The position numbers were made by a program, and so were the translations under genes. The notes beneath the pieces were generated by a model. It was given only the letters and a program-made list of their open reading frames with translations. It had not been told where the DNA came from and made no database searches. Of a stretch of DNA of 64,000 nucleotides, positions 38,357 through 49,928 are shown one piece after another. The stretch's first letter is position 1. Every line of letters starts with the position of its first letter. The stretch lies in assembly GCA_964252035.1 (NCBI GenBank), contig OZ176201.1; one strand, 5' to 3'. Source of the DNA: Podarcis erhardii. Lineage: Eukaryota.

Positions 38357-41300
38357 TAAAATAAAAGATGTGTCACACGACTTTTACGTTTATACTCAGG
38401 GGTGATGTTCTCAGTACACACATGGTGTTCCAGATAGGCTGGGACCATACTCTGTAGCATATTCAGCATAATTTTGCCCTCCTTTTTAGAGAGATGGACA
38501 AATCCCCAGCAAAGATAAGGAGAACTATCTATATTCTCACATCAACTGGGACAGCATCTTGGACATCCTGGGGGGGCGGGCAGGGGGGGGATGAAATGCA
38601 TGCTAATTATGCTACCAGTTCCTGCTGCTAGTTCCTGGCACTAATTAAGGCTTCATCAGACCTTTCATCCTCCATCTATGAAAATTAATAGAAGAAAATA
38701 CAGTGATACTTATTGTTTCATAAGTACCTAAAAATATCCCAAGGCAGTATCCAAAATGGTCCTACAGTGCCACATGTAAGGTATAATGAAACGCTACAGA
38801 AAAATAGTCTTAAAAGAAGCGCTGGAGATCCTTAAAACCCTCTACAGCAGAGCCATCTATGCAGATGCTTTTTCCATCAGTATGCATCATGTATGTAATT
38901 TTCCTTTCCAGTACAGCTGTCGTGTTTAACATATGCTTGTTAAAGTACTTGCCCCTTTCCTCTCTGAATTTTTTCCTTCTCTGGCTTGGCTTGTATATAG
39001 ATATGTTGCTTCAGGCAACACACTGCTCCCTCGCCCCTTCACAGAGTCTTTGTAGCACCCAATACGACAGAACCGAAAATTGCTTATATTGCTTATGTAA
39101 AATACTCTTATTATTCCCCCAGTGCTCTTACCTTCCTCTTGTGTCCTCATTCTTTCTTCCAAGTCAGCTTTCAAAGCTTTCCGCATCCCCTCTCTCTCCC
39201 ATTTTACTTCCTTCCCCCTGCTTGTTTTCTTGCTTAGACTTCTCCTGGCTTATCTTGCCCCTGTGGATTCCTGTTTTGTTCATACACCCCACCAGAGCAC
39301 TGAAGTGCTCTCAGCTTCTAAAGCTGAAGATAAGGGTTCTTTTCCAGGCCATAGGAATATAAATGCAAGAGAGGCACATGGGGAGGGGGAGGTGGTGGTG
39401 GCAGTAGTGGCAGCTCCACAGGCTACAGAAGCAGGGAAGCTGGAAGCTAACATAGGACTATGTCCAAAGCATCCTGCCCTAGATGGGCTGTTTCCTTTGA
39501 CTTCAGAATTCTTTCACTGAGTGGCCACAGAGTTGTGCTTGCAAAATGGTCAGTGGTTAAGTTGTGGGATGCTGCTAACTTCACAGTATCATTTGCCGTT
39601 TGTTGGATAATGTAAATGTTGGCTATAGCCTTAAGCTTAAAATATTTCCTGCTTCAAGGACATATGCCTCTTCTGTAGGCAGTTGGAGCTGCAACCCTAC
39701 ATAGACACACTAGGCAGTAAGTCCCATTGAAGTCACTGAGTTGACATGTTTAAGATGACGCTCTAAATGCACTGTTTCATCTGGGGCTCAAGCTTTAGTC
39801 AGAGGCTGTGAATTAAGGGCACACTTGTGTATTTTCTGAGGCTGTTTCGGTCTTGGTTAGTTCCATTATAGCATGCAACAAAAATCAGTACTGAATTCAC
39901 TTTTCTTTCAACCAGTGCTTTTTTATGGGGTACTGAAGGGTATGCAGTACCTGCACCTCTTTTTGTTGTGGTAGTTACTGTAACAACTTCATGATGAGTA
40001 CCAGCACCTGTTTTTCTAGGGCGGAGGGGACTGCTTTCAACACTGGGTGGTAGCTTTTGTTTGCACAACTGTTGATTGTTTTACACTTTCTACAAGAGTT
40101 TCTGCAAAAACCTGGGATTTTATTAAAATTTATCAATGAAGATGCTTAGAAACAGCAGGTGCTTAGAAATCCTTTCATCTGTTGACAAACTTGGTTTCAG
40201 TGCATGCAACCCTATAATTCCCATTGAGTCAGTCTACATGCTCACCCATATTGTTGAATGGGGCAATTGTCAGATGACTACAGTCTCCACAGCCGTTTCC
40301 CTTACTTTTTATGCAAGTGAGCCTTGGAGAAAAAGGTTGGACTCTTCTTGTGTTCTCAGTTGCAATATGATACTTGGAACCTGAATGATACCATGGAGAT
40401 GTGCTCTTTGCATTTGGTAGACAAATGAAAATTGATGGGGGTCATTCTGAACAGGCATTGGAATGAGATGCAAATTAATGAGCAGAAAAACGGAAGACAG
40501 GAGAATGTGAAGAAAGAAACATGTATAGGATCAGGTGCCCAAGAAGCAGTTTTCTAGACTCCACATATAGTTTAGAGCCATAAAGCAGATAGAATGATTT
40601 TGTGAGGGACTCTAGAGCAATTCAGGAATCCCCTCAATGGCAGAGGAAGCCAAAACTGCTGGAAGTAAAGTAGACCGAACAAAGCAGTTGCAGTATGACA
40701 GGATACTCTGTGTCTGTGTCCCAACTGTGTAATTGAGGTTAGTGGGTCAAAAAAGCTTTTGCAAACCAGAGCATGTTGTAACTACCAATGTGCAGTAATT
40801 CCTTCTGCAAAAAAACAAATAAACACCCAGCTCCACAGAGGCAGAGTCCACTGCAGGACTTTTAAGGAGCAAACATCCCACAGCACCTACAGAAGTTACC
40901 AGTCTAATGCTTCTTCCCTTAAGTGGCCCTCTCCTCACAGTTGTAGGAATGGTTAGCTTCTGAAGATCTTGAACCCGTAATGAACAGGAATTGTATTTTG
41001 AGAGGAGATCCTGCTAGTTTAATTTCTTTTTCATGAAAGATACATAATTTGAACATTTTAACTGCTACTTCTTTTTATCTGTTTCTACCATAATGCTCAG
41101 TATGGAATGCCCATGGAAGCTTATTGATGCTATGTTTGCAACATCATAATTTTGTAAATGATGCATCTTTCCCTATATTTGTTAACACTCATTCCCACTA
41201 GATGGCATCATATCCTCCGCTTTCCCAAAAAATCCCATGAAGCTTTGGGAGTTTCGACTATTTCTACAGCGCTGCTCCAAAGAAACCACTCATGTTTGGA

Positions 41301-44300
41301 ACAGTGCCAAATTACATTAACCTGTCCTTGGGTTGGTGCGAGGATGAAGAATCATCATTAATTTGCAATATTCCGGATCCGTGGAGGGCAATTTCCAATG
41401 CTATGAAACCTGTTTAATGATGGCAGAATGGAAAGAAACAAAAGTGGCCCTAATTGAATCAAAATATAGGCCCCAAAGCTCTAAAGGTGCTGCTGTCGTT
41501 GTTGTTTATAGAGCATCTGAGATATAATAGTCAATTAAAAGTGGAAATTAAAACCGCTTGTCTATGCAGCTCACAATCCAAACAAACAATTTAATCATGA
41601 CCTCGAGTACCATTTTGTGACTGAGGTGCAAAACCCTTCTTCAGTTTAGATTTGTCTGGCCAATAAAACCTCACAAACCCTTTGTTTAGCTTGGGATTCT
41701 TAGGGAGAATTCCAAACCCAAGATTTGTCAGGATCGGCTGGGTTACTGGCTACTGTTAACAGAGTATACAGCTTCTGGCCATGATGACTATACTCTCTCT
41801 CTCTGGTTGGGGGCATACTAGTTCCAGGAGGCTGTAGGGTGGAGGTGGGGCGTGTTCTTGTGTTTGGGTCTTGCTTGAGAGTTTCCCACAGGCATCTTGG
41901 GTGGCCGCTGTGAGAATAGGATGCCATTGGCCTAGTCCAGAAGGCTTTTCTTACGGTCCTTGTTTATAATGGACAAATTATAAATGTCTGAGTCTCAGCT
42001 TAGCTGAGGCTGTGCTGAGTGAAGTCCTTCATCCCAGCTCAGCAGAAGATGTTCTGGCGCAAGTCCTCCATTTGGATAGCTCTGCTCCGGAGTTCATAAT
42101 GGGTGGTTTATAAGGCCCTGCCATGCATTGAAAAAGACACAAAGGGGGTACAGCCATGCTTCCCCAATCAATGCCCATATGTTCTGGGTACATTTAAAGA
42201 GTTATCTGTGTGAGAAGGTACCCTGGCCACATTAGGGCCCCTCTACGCATGGAGGAGCACCCAGCACATGCATTGGTATGTGTGGAGAACTCCTTCCCAC
42301 ATTCTTTGAACATGTCTATTTCAGTGTGTGTCTTGCTTTACCAGGCAGCAGCATCAAGGGATGAGATTAGCCAGTGTGGTACCCTCCCCAGCTTTTGCTG
42401 CTCATTAATTTGCACCTTGTTACTGTAACTGGCCTTGCTTGCCTGTCAGAAACACAAGTAATGAAGTCCTTATGGGAACCAGTGTTGAATGATCTGCGGA
42501 TTGTACCTGCACTTAGGTGTTTATTGTCGTTTCAAGCAAGCATGGGTTTCAGCCTATTTTGACAGACACAAACCAAGTTTGAACGGGGGTGCATTTTCTT
42601 CTCTAGCATTTAGTGTATTGTGGGAAAGGGCATCAAGAACAATGTTTAGCCCGCAAGTAATGAGAGTAAATTGTGCTCACCCAAGGAAGAGAGAGTCTTG
42701 GAGCAGATGGTATCATGCTGCAAAACAACCTGCCACTGAAACATAAACAGACAGCAATGACATATGGATATAGGGGATAAACCCCTCAAACAGGCTGTAA
42801 AGCCTTGGCTGAAACAAGTTAGTCTCATAACAGAAAACTGAAGAGCCTGCCTTCTTATTGTGCGCTGGATCTCACTGGATCCCTTTGAGGCAATAAACTG
42901 AGCTCAAAGTTGTTTTTCCTTTGAGCAGAGGCATGCTGTGCTCCAAGTTTGTTTGTTTTTACATTTATTTTAAAATATAATGATAAACTTTCAGAACAAA
43001 TGACAGATATTAATTGGTGCAGCAGTGGTACCTGCATAGGACTACTGTCTGCTTAATGAGAGAGCCCCAACAGAAAGAGCTTCTCTTCATCATTTCAAAG
43101 ATGGGAATATAGCTCTGAAGTCTAATTACCTCTGTATATGAAAGAGCTGACTGCATCTTTCTTCTTATCAGTAGGATATATCCTGTTTTTCACCTAGAAT
43201 TATTCAGTCTTGTTGACTAAAGGGTATGACAGGGTTGAGAACATTTTGGTGCCGGGCGATGCATTTTCATTTTCACATGATTACCCTCTCGACCACATGA
43301 GGACCACGGTTGCATTAAGCACAACCACATGGGTACAATTATTTCTTTATTATGGATTGTAGTCCATGCTAGCCCTACCCATTGATGTTAATAGACATGA
43401 CTAACTTAGCTTCATTAATTTAAATGGGTTTGCTCTGAGTAAAACTTGGCTGGATATAACCCTGTTTATATAGTGTTTCTAAAGTAGCATGCCAACCAAA
43501 GCAGTTTATGATTATCTTTTTTTTCCCCTCAACACCAAGATAAATTGAATGATTCCAAGGATTGTTGCCAGTTCTTATGAAGATCTCCAGATATAGTATT
43601 AAAGTTGCATGTTAATCCTTCTGTGAGGCAGTAGCATGCAGAGTTGAATGTGTGACGAATATGTTATTCATATTTTGAGGTGAACAAGTAGCCACCTCTT
43701 TCCCTGCAAAGAATGTGAGAATTCCAGGGATACTAACAGAATCTTGGCATTAAGATCAGTAGTTTGATATGATATGGCATAATGCTAGGTACCCCATAGG
43801 TATTTTTCATTGTTCAGGACACTGCCAGTTGAAACTTAACTTTAAAGTTTTGTCTCTGTTATCCTTGCCTGATCCTCACCATAGATTTCTGTTCTCATGG
43901 GTGACATGAAGCTTGTTTTCTGGCTGCTTCAGATTTCCCTACTGGTCTGATGCTTAATCGAGGGACTATGCATTGGGTTTAACACTGGGAGAAAGCACTA
44001 GGTTCTTGGGTAGTTCTGAATGGAAAGGAGGGGTATGGATTAACCAAAATAAATAAAGTATATGTGAGACACAGATCCAGCCTTTTCTAATTACTGTTCA
44101 TCTCTTGCCCCAGAGTTGGATGGTTCACTCTTTTTCCATGTTTACTCTTTTTGACTTGTCTGCTAAACCAGGCAATGACAGTCTTTATTCAAAATGATGC
44201 AACTAGAGTTGATAATAGAAACACAAGGATGCCTCGTACCAAGACAGGCGTGTTCACCATCTAGCCCAACATACTGTACTCCAGCTCTCCAGAGGTCATT

Positions 44301-44939
44301 CCCATCACCTAAAATCTTTGGGCTCTTTCTGCATTTTAAGTATATGCTCTTCCTTTGTGCTATGGTCTGTCCTCAAATAGTCCAGTTTTTCTGATATTTT
44401 TCTCTGGCAATAAGCACATCTGTTTCATATACATGGATTGCATTAGGAGTGTCTCAATACATTTATTTGTGTGTACCACTAAAATGGTGTTGTTTTTTTT
44501 TTTTTTTTTGAAGTGAAGATGTGAATGAAACATGGAAATGATTTCCAGCAAGCAGCCTATTAATTTTTTATGTGTGTTAGGCTATGAGAAGTTGCCATGA
44601 GTAGTTATTAGAGCATGAAACTCTAGAGCAAGAAGTTATTGGGTCACTGAGGTCCCAGAAGTAGATCTGGGAAAAGTGTGCTGCTGCTTTTTATTGGTGC
44701 TACAAGAGTATCACATACCTGCTTTTCTAGGCTTCGCACAACCAGGTTGGTGACACAAGCAGGTGTGGTGTGCATGTTTGAATCAGAGCTGTGCTTGCTA
44801 CATCCACAATTGGCAATTCAACTCATACTGATTTCACCACCGCAAAGCTACATAAAGTGGACTGGGCACATTAGCTGTGGGCTGAGTTGCAGTCAGGAGA
44901 AGCAGTCTTCTAGTTATTATTTTGTTGTTATAACAAAGA

Positions 44940-45560
44940 GGAAACCTGTCTAGCTATCCTGAATGACTGTGCCCTAGAACAGTGGGTCATGGAAGCAATC
45001 AGAGGGAGGGTGGTGACCTTGGATTTAATTTTAAATGGGGTCCAGGACCTGCAACTGTTGTTGAACCGACTGGGAACAGTGTCCACAGCGCGAAAGGGAT
45101 CCTGGAAGCTGCAGGCCAATTAGCTTAGCATCTGTTCCATGAAAACTGATGGAAAGCATTTAACGATAGAATTAACAAGTATATAGAAGAACAGGTCTTA
45201 CTGAAACAAATCCAGCATGACTTCTTCAAGGGTAAGTCCTGCCACACTGACCTTTAAGAGTTATTTGGGAGAGTTTCAGCAAGCATACAGATAGAGGTGA
45301 TCCGGTCAACACTGTGTAGTTAGACTTTCCAAAAGCTTGTGATAAAGCCCCTCACCAAAGGCTCCTTGCTAAGCTTAGCAGTCATGGGAGAAGAGGAGGG
45401 GTCCTCTTAATGATCTCTCTCAATGGAGGGCGTATAAGAAGTGAAGCCTTCCAACGGTTGGTATTGTGAGCTGAGCTCTATCACTTGTTCATGAATGGTC
45501 TAGTGTTAGGGACGAGCAGTGAGGTAATAAAGTTTCTCCACTACGTATTGTGGAAGGCAG
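44940..45560 (+). mobile_element. Degraded CR1 ORF2 fragment (endonuclease piece joined to reverse transcriptase piece)
   Basis: Translations resemble LNDCALEQ.V....RG...LDLIL (EN), then DPG..RP.SL.SV..KLMES, .QH.F.KGKSC and DRGDPV..V*LDF.KA.DK.PHQRLL.KLSSHG (RT); contains stops. Confidence 0.75.
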
Positions 45561-45882
45561 TGAGACTATGTGATGACGATACAGCGAAGGGACAGGGACA
45601 GCTAGTGTGGCCTTAACTACCCCCCCTTCACACAATTGTAATCACATTTGTTGTTGCTGTTATTTCATTTCATTTATGAATCACTTCTTATTAAGTATCT
45701 TGAAGCAATTTCACAGTGCAGTAGAAGCATGTATGAAACAAATTGCATGTATTGGAGCAGTTAAAACAATTGCATATATAAAAAACTATTTCATATCCAA
45801 TACAGAGCAAAATACAGATAAAAATCTCCACTTAGAAGGCTTATTGAAAGAGGAAGGAGAATGCCCCAATAAGGGAGGTAGA

Positions 45883-45950
<68 letters not shown>
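45883..45950. repeat. (GTCT)17 microsatellite
   Basis: Direct count; explains the DRQT/VCLS-repeat ORFs. Confidence 0.95.
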
Positions 45951-45954
<4 letters not shown>

Positions 45955-46559
45955 TGTTTTTGTGTGGGAGAGGGAGAGATGAAGTTGTTTTGGGCTTAGC
46001 TGCAAAATCTTCTCCCACCACAATCAGGAAGAAGGCTATTTTTGCCTTAATAGCAAAATGGTGAAATCTCTGTTTGTCTCTATACAACTGAAAAGGGAAG
46101 AGCTCCTGAATCCAACTTCTCCAGTGTGAACAGCTGGAGCCCCAAAGGAGAAGACTTTGCCAAAAGTTGCCTTGCTGTTCCATGTTGGAGAAAAGGGGGT
46201 TGGTTAGATTGCTAACTTGTGTCTCAGCAGACATAGCCAATGATGCTGGTGCTTCAAACACTGCACAGTTCAAAACGTGGCCCTTCTTAGTATTTGCTGA
46301 GCAGGACCTTAAGAACTGAGGAAATGATGTTCAAGGTCAGAAACTAGAGAAAATGGGAGATAAACAAGGCATTGAAGGAGAAGACTGTATGTATCAGAAC
46401 ACCAGGAAAATACATGGATCAAAACTTGTGACCAGAGGGAAGGGAGGAACATGATACGCACACAAACAGTGTGAGTGGGTAGGAGAGGAAGTAAAAGAAG
46501 GGAGTTGCAGTATGTGGCTGCATAAGCATATGAAAGACATTTACAGTCCCAAAATTTTA

Positions 46560-46950
46560 ATCTGACTCAAGCGTTTGCTCGCTGTATAAATTTCCTATGA
46601 ATTACTCGACTTTAAGACTCAAGGATTTTGCTTCCCGCAATGAAGGACTTTTGTTTTTCCTTCTGTTCATTAAAACTGCCTTTCATGAATCCAAAAATAA
46701 AGCTCACAAAGTCTGTGATTCAACCCACATGCAAATGGATGGCGAGGAAAGGATCTTGGTGTTGCCAAGTTAGGCGGAGAGGTCACAGGGGGTGCACATT
46801 TGACCACATGGAATGCATTATGGGGCCTAATGTGGGAGGAGGAGAAGGCGGTTGGCACAGGGATTAAGGAATGAGAGCATTAAGCTGTGACGTTTGTAAC
46901 GTTCTGTTTATGCAGGCGTAGGAGGCGGTGCCACAGTCCTAGAGATGCTC
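46560..46950. promoter_or_regulatory. Candidate intronic enhancer
   Basis: About 11 CpGs; ATGCAAAT 46729; AGGTCA half-site; no recognisable TE. Confidence 0.3.
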
Positions 46951-47665
46951 TCATCTTTGATTCAATAGTGACCTCAGCTGCTCCTGCATGGTGCTGAGGA
47001 GACAGTGCTGCAGGGTATGACATGGATGACCCAGTAGGGGACATTCAAATCTTTGATATTTCTCTCAGTTCCTCACTGTGACTCTAAAGCAGGGGTGAAC
47101 AGAAGGTAGTACAGGATTTTCTGGTAGATTTCCGGGTGATTTGAAGGTTTCTGACTCACCATTGTTTAACAATAGTAACAATTTGTGTGTGGGAAGACAG
47201 TGTGTTTGCTTATGGTACTCAGAACAAATTTCTGGGCTCGGCCTTCTCTAGTCCTAAGTGTGCATGCTTTGTACCTGGCTCCAGTTGGTGGATCTGGGAG
47301 TTCTAGTCCCACAAAATTCTTGTCTGCCCTGTATCCTCCTGGCTCCACATTGTGGCTCATCCTGAACGTTTTGCTGGAAAAGAACGTTGGGTGCTTTTAG
47401 AGAAATGCTTCTGGGCATCATAATGCTTATGGTATGGTATGTTCATATCCAAATACTTGTAAATCCACTCTTCAGCTCTGTAAAACCTTCTCTCCAACTG
47501 GGTTGGACAATGCAAGCTTTTCATTTCTCATCTTTGTCTAGTGTTCCCATGTACTGTTAAGCTGTCCCTGCCTCCGTCTTGCTCGTGAAACGTTGCACTG
47601 GACTTGGGGATAAATGCTCTCAATATTTATTGTACATGGAACTCTGGGGATCCTGTATCTTAAAC

Positions 47666-47801
47666 CAGTGTTTCCCAACCTTGTGCCTCCAGCTGTTTTT
47701 GAACTACAACTCCCATCATCCCTGACTAGCAAGACCAGTGGCAAGGGATGATGGGAATTGTAGTCCAAAAACAGCTGGAGGCACAAGGTTGGGAAACACT
47801 G
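47666..47801. mobile_element. Palindromic hAT MITE, 136 bp
   Basis: 58-nt arms (47666-47723 / 47744-47801) with 2 mismatches; perfect 8-bp TSD TCTTAAAC. Confidence 0.9.
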
Positions 47802-47891
47802 TCTTAAACAGCAACAGCAACAGAAGTATTGAATTGTTACATGGGATAGTTCCAGAAATATTTATGCTGATTTGACCTCTTTTTCTTGCAG

Positions 47892-48006
47892 TTGCCTGTC
47901 CTGTGTGAATGGATTCTTCCCTTGCCATTGGTGTAAATATCGTCATATTTGTACCCACAATGCTGCTGACTGTTCCTTTCTGGAAGGGCGTGTCAACATG
48001 TCTGAG
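47892..48006 (+). CDS. PLXNA1: Plexin A1 coding exon (115 nt, phase 2/0), PSI2: [38 protein letters not shown]
   Basis: Acceptor ttttcttgcag|T, donor GAG|gtaagt; motif CLSC..CHWCKYR; overlaps ORF 47872..48126. Confidence 0.96.
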
Positions 48007-48465
48007 GTAAGTTACCAAGACTGCCTGTGCAACTCTGTATTGTTTCTCCCCCCCCCAACCCTGGTTTTTGTATGCTACATACCCTGGTTTTTGTATGCTA
48101 CATACAAAAAGATCTGTACCATTTAAAAGCATCTGATCCAAGGTTCAGGTAGTAAAAAATAACAGCACCCTGTTTTGTACTGTGGTAATTTGTATATGGG
48201 GCTTTGTTCTGGGCATCACTGTTCAAAAATGTGGGAAATGATTTAAGAGAGCCACAAGGGTAAGAGAGAATATAAAAGGCAGGTCATACCGGGGAAAGTT
48301 GATTGCTCATTTTGATTGCTTATTTACTTTCCATACCACTTAATATATTAACAGAATCTCCAAGTGACATACAGAAAACTGAAGCAACAGGCATCTTAAA
48401 ATATTACAAATGCACAGTTACATATTAAAACATCACATTACTACAAAGTTACTGATATATCTCAA

Positions 48466-48538
48466 TGTGTCTGGGGAAGCCCAGCCAGATGGGCGGGGTA
48501 TAAATAATAAATAATTATTATTTTATTATTATTATTAA
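48466..48538 (+). mobile_element. L2-type LINE 3' tip with (TAA/TAT)n tail
   Basis: ctggggaagcccagccagatgggcggggtataaataataaataattattatt is a typical lacertid LINE terminus. Confidence 0.55.
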
Positions 48539-48879
48539 TCAGTATCAATTCATTTTCCTTCAGACATTCCTTATCAGCCCCCTGGGTTCTTACCCAGGGT
48601 CCAGACAAACGCTTAGCTCTCCCACAAAAGTCTCACAATGAGAAAAGTTCCTGGAAACCATGACTATCACCCTAGTTTCTCCCTCTGCACTTGCTTTTTA
48701 TGGGCAGGTATCAAGGTGGATGCTACTTCCTCAGCTATGTCTCATTCAGCTGCACTCTCCACACCCAGTTCCAGGTGCAGCAGGTTTGTTGTGTTTCCCA
48801 GGGGGTCCAGAGGAGGGGAAAGTGTCTCCCTCCTTTCACAGCTCTTTCTTCACCCTCTGTCCTCTCCTCCTTCTTCAGC

Positions 48880-49190
48880 TGCTTGAAGGACCTTGGTATG
48901 TTTAGCTATGGAACAAGATTGGAGAAAAGGCTTGGAGGTGTGGAAAAACAGTTAACAGGCTTCATTGTGGGAGAAAGAGAACAAATAATTGTTCATTCTG
49001 TTCACTTCTGTGAATTGTTCCGTCTCTGATAGTATAAAAAGTAATGGTTTAAAAGTATTTTGGCTAATCTTCAGGAAGACCTGCCTGGCTGAAATTCCAC
49101 AGTGTAAGAAACTGTCTTGGAAACTTGGTGGAATTTTCTCCCTTTTGAAGTTGTAAAAGAAAGGCTGGACAGGCATTTAGTGGAGCAAAA
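48880..49190 (+). mobile_element. Old CR1 3' fragment
   Basis: LKDLGMFS....LEK, and gaaaggctggacaggcattt (RLDRHL); boundaries approximate. Confidence 0.55.
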
Positions 49191-49687
49191 GAAGACAGAC
49201 CTTAACCTACTCTCCATGTTAATCAAGCATCTTGACCCTTTATGGAAGCAAGTCCCATTACTTTCCAATGAACTACTACATGTGCTTAGAATAGCATCAT
49301 AAAACTTCCTTAAATCTGATACAGAGAACAGGTTAGCAAGTCATGTTGTGCCATTGTTTCTCATGACTTGCATGAGCTGGAACGAACTTGTGCAAGCCTT
49401 GGGCTCACACGTCATATAACCTTGCTCCTAGCACCAACTCTTTTTACTTGCTACATGGTTGAGAGGAGAGCTTTCAGCAGTGTGGCTTTAGTTTCAGTTA
49501 ATCTTGGTGTGCTGTTGCCTGTGAACTAACAGTCATGGTTTATAACAAACTCTGGTTAGTTTAGCAAGCCAGCTTCACAATTCATGGTTTGAAGTTAGCT
49601 TGCTTTGAAACTGAACAGAGTTTGTTATGAACCAGAATCCCTTGTTCACATGCAATGACGAACCAAAATTCATTGGAAATGAAAGTA

Positions 49688-49928
49688 AAGTGGAACCTTG
49701 GTTCTTGAACCATTTAGTTGACGAAGAAATAGGCTCCCGAACACTGAAAACCCAAAAGTAAATGTTCCGGTTTTCGAATGTTTTTTGGAAGCCGAATGTC
49801 TGATGTGGCTGTCAGCTATTGTTTCTGGGGTGCCTGCACCAATTGGAAGCTGCTCCTTGGTTTTCAAACGTTTCGGGAGTTGAACAGACTTCCGAAATGA
49901 ATTAAGTTTGAGAACCAAGGTTCCACTG
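49688..49928. mobile_element. Tc1/mariner (Tigger-like) MITE, 241 bp
   Basis: TA flanks; TIRs AAGTGGAACCTTGGTTCT / AGAACCAAGGTTCCACTG (17/18). Confidence 0.82.

Noticed and set aside
38859-39520. 167-aa and 132-aa Leu/Ser-rich ORFs
   Set aside because: Translations of pyrimidine-rich low-complexity intron.
45607-46273. ORFs with DRQT/VCLS repeats
   Set aside because: Produced by the (GTCT)17 microsatellite.
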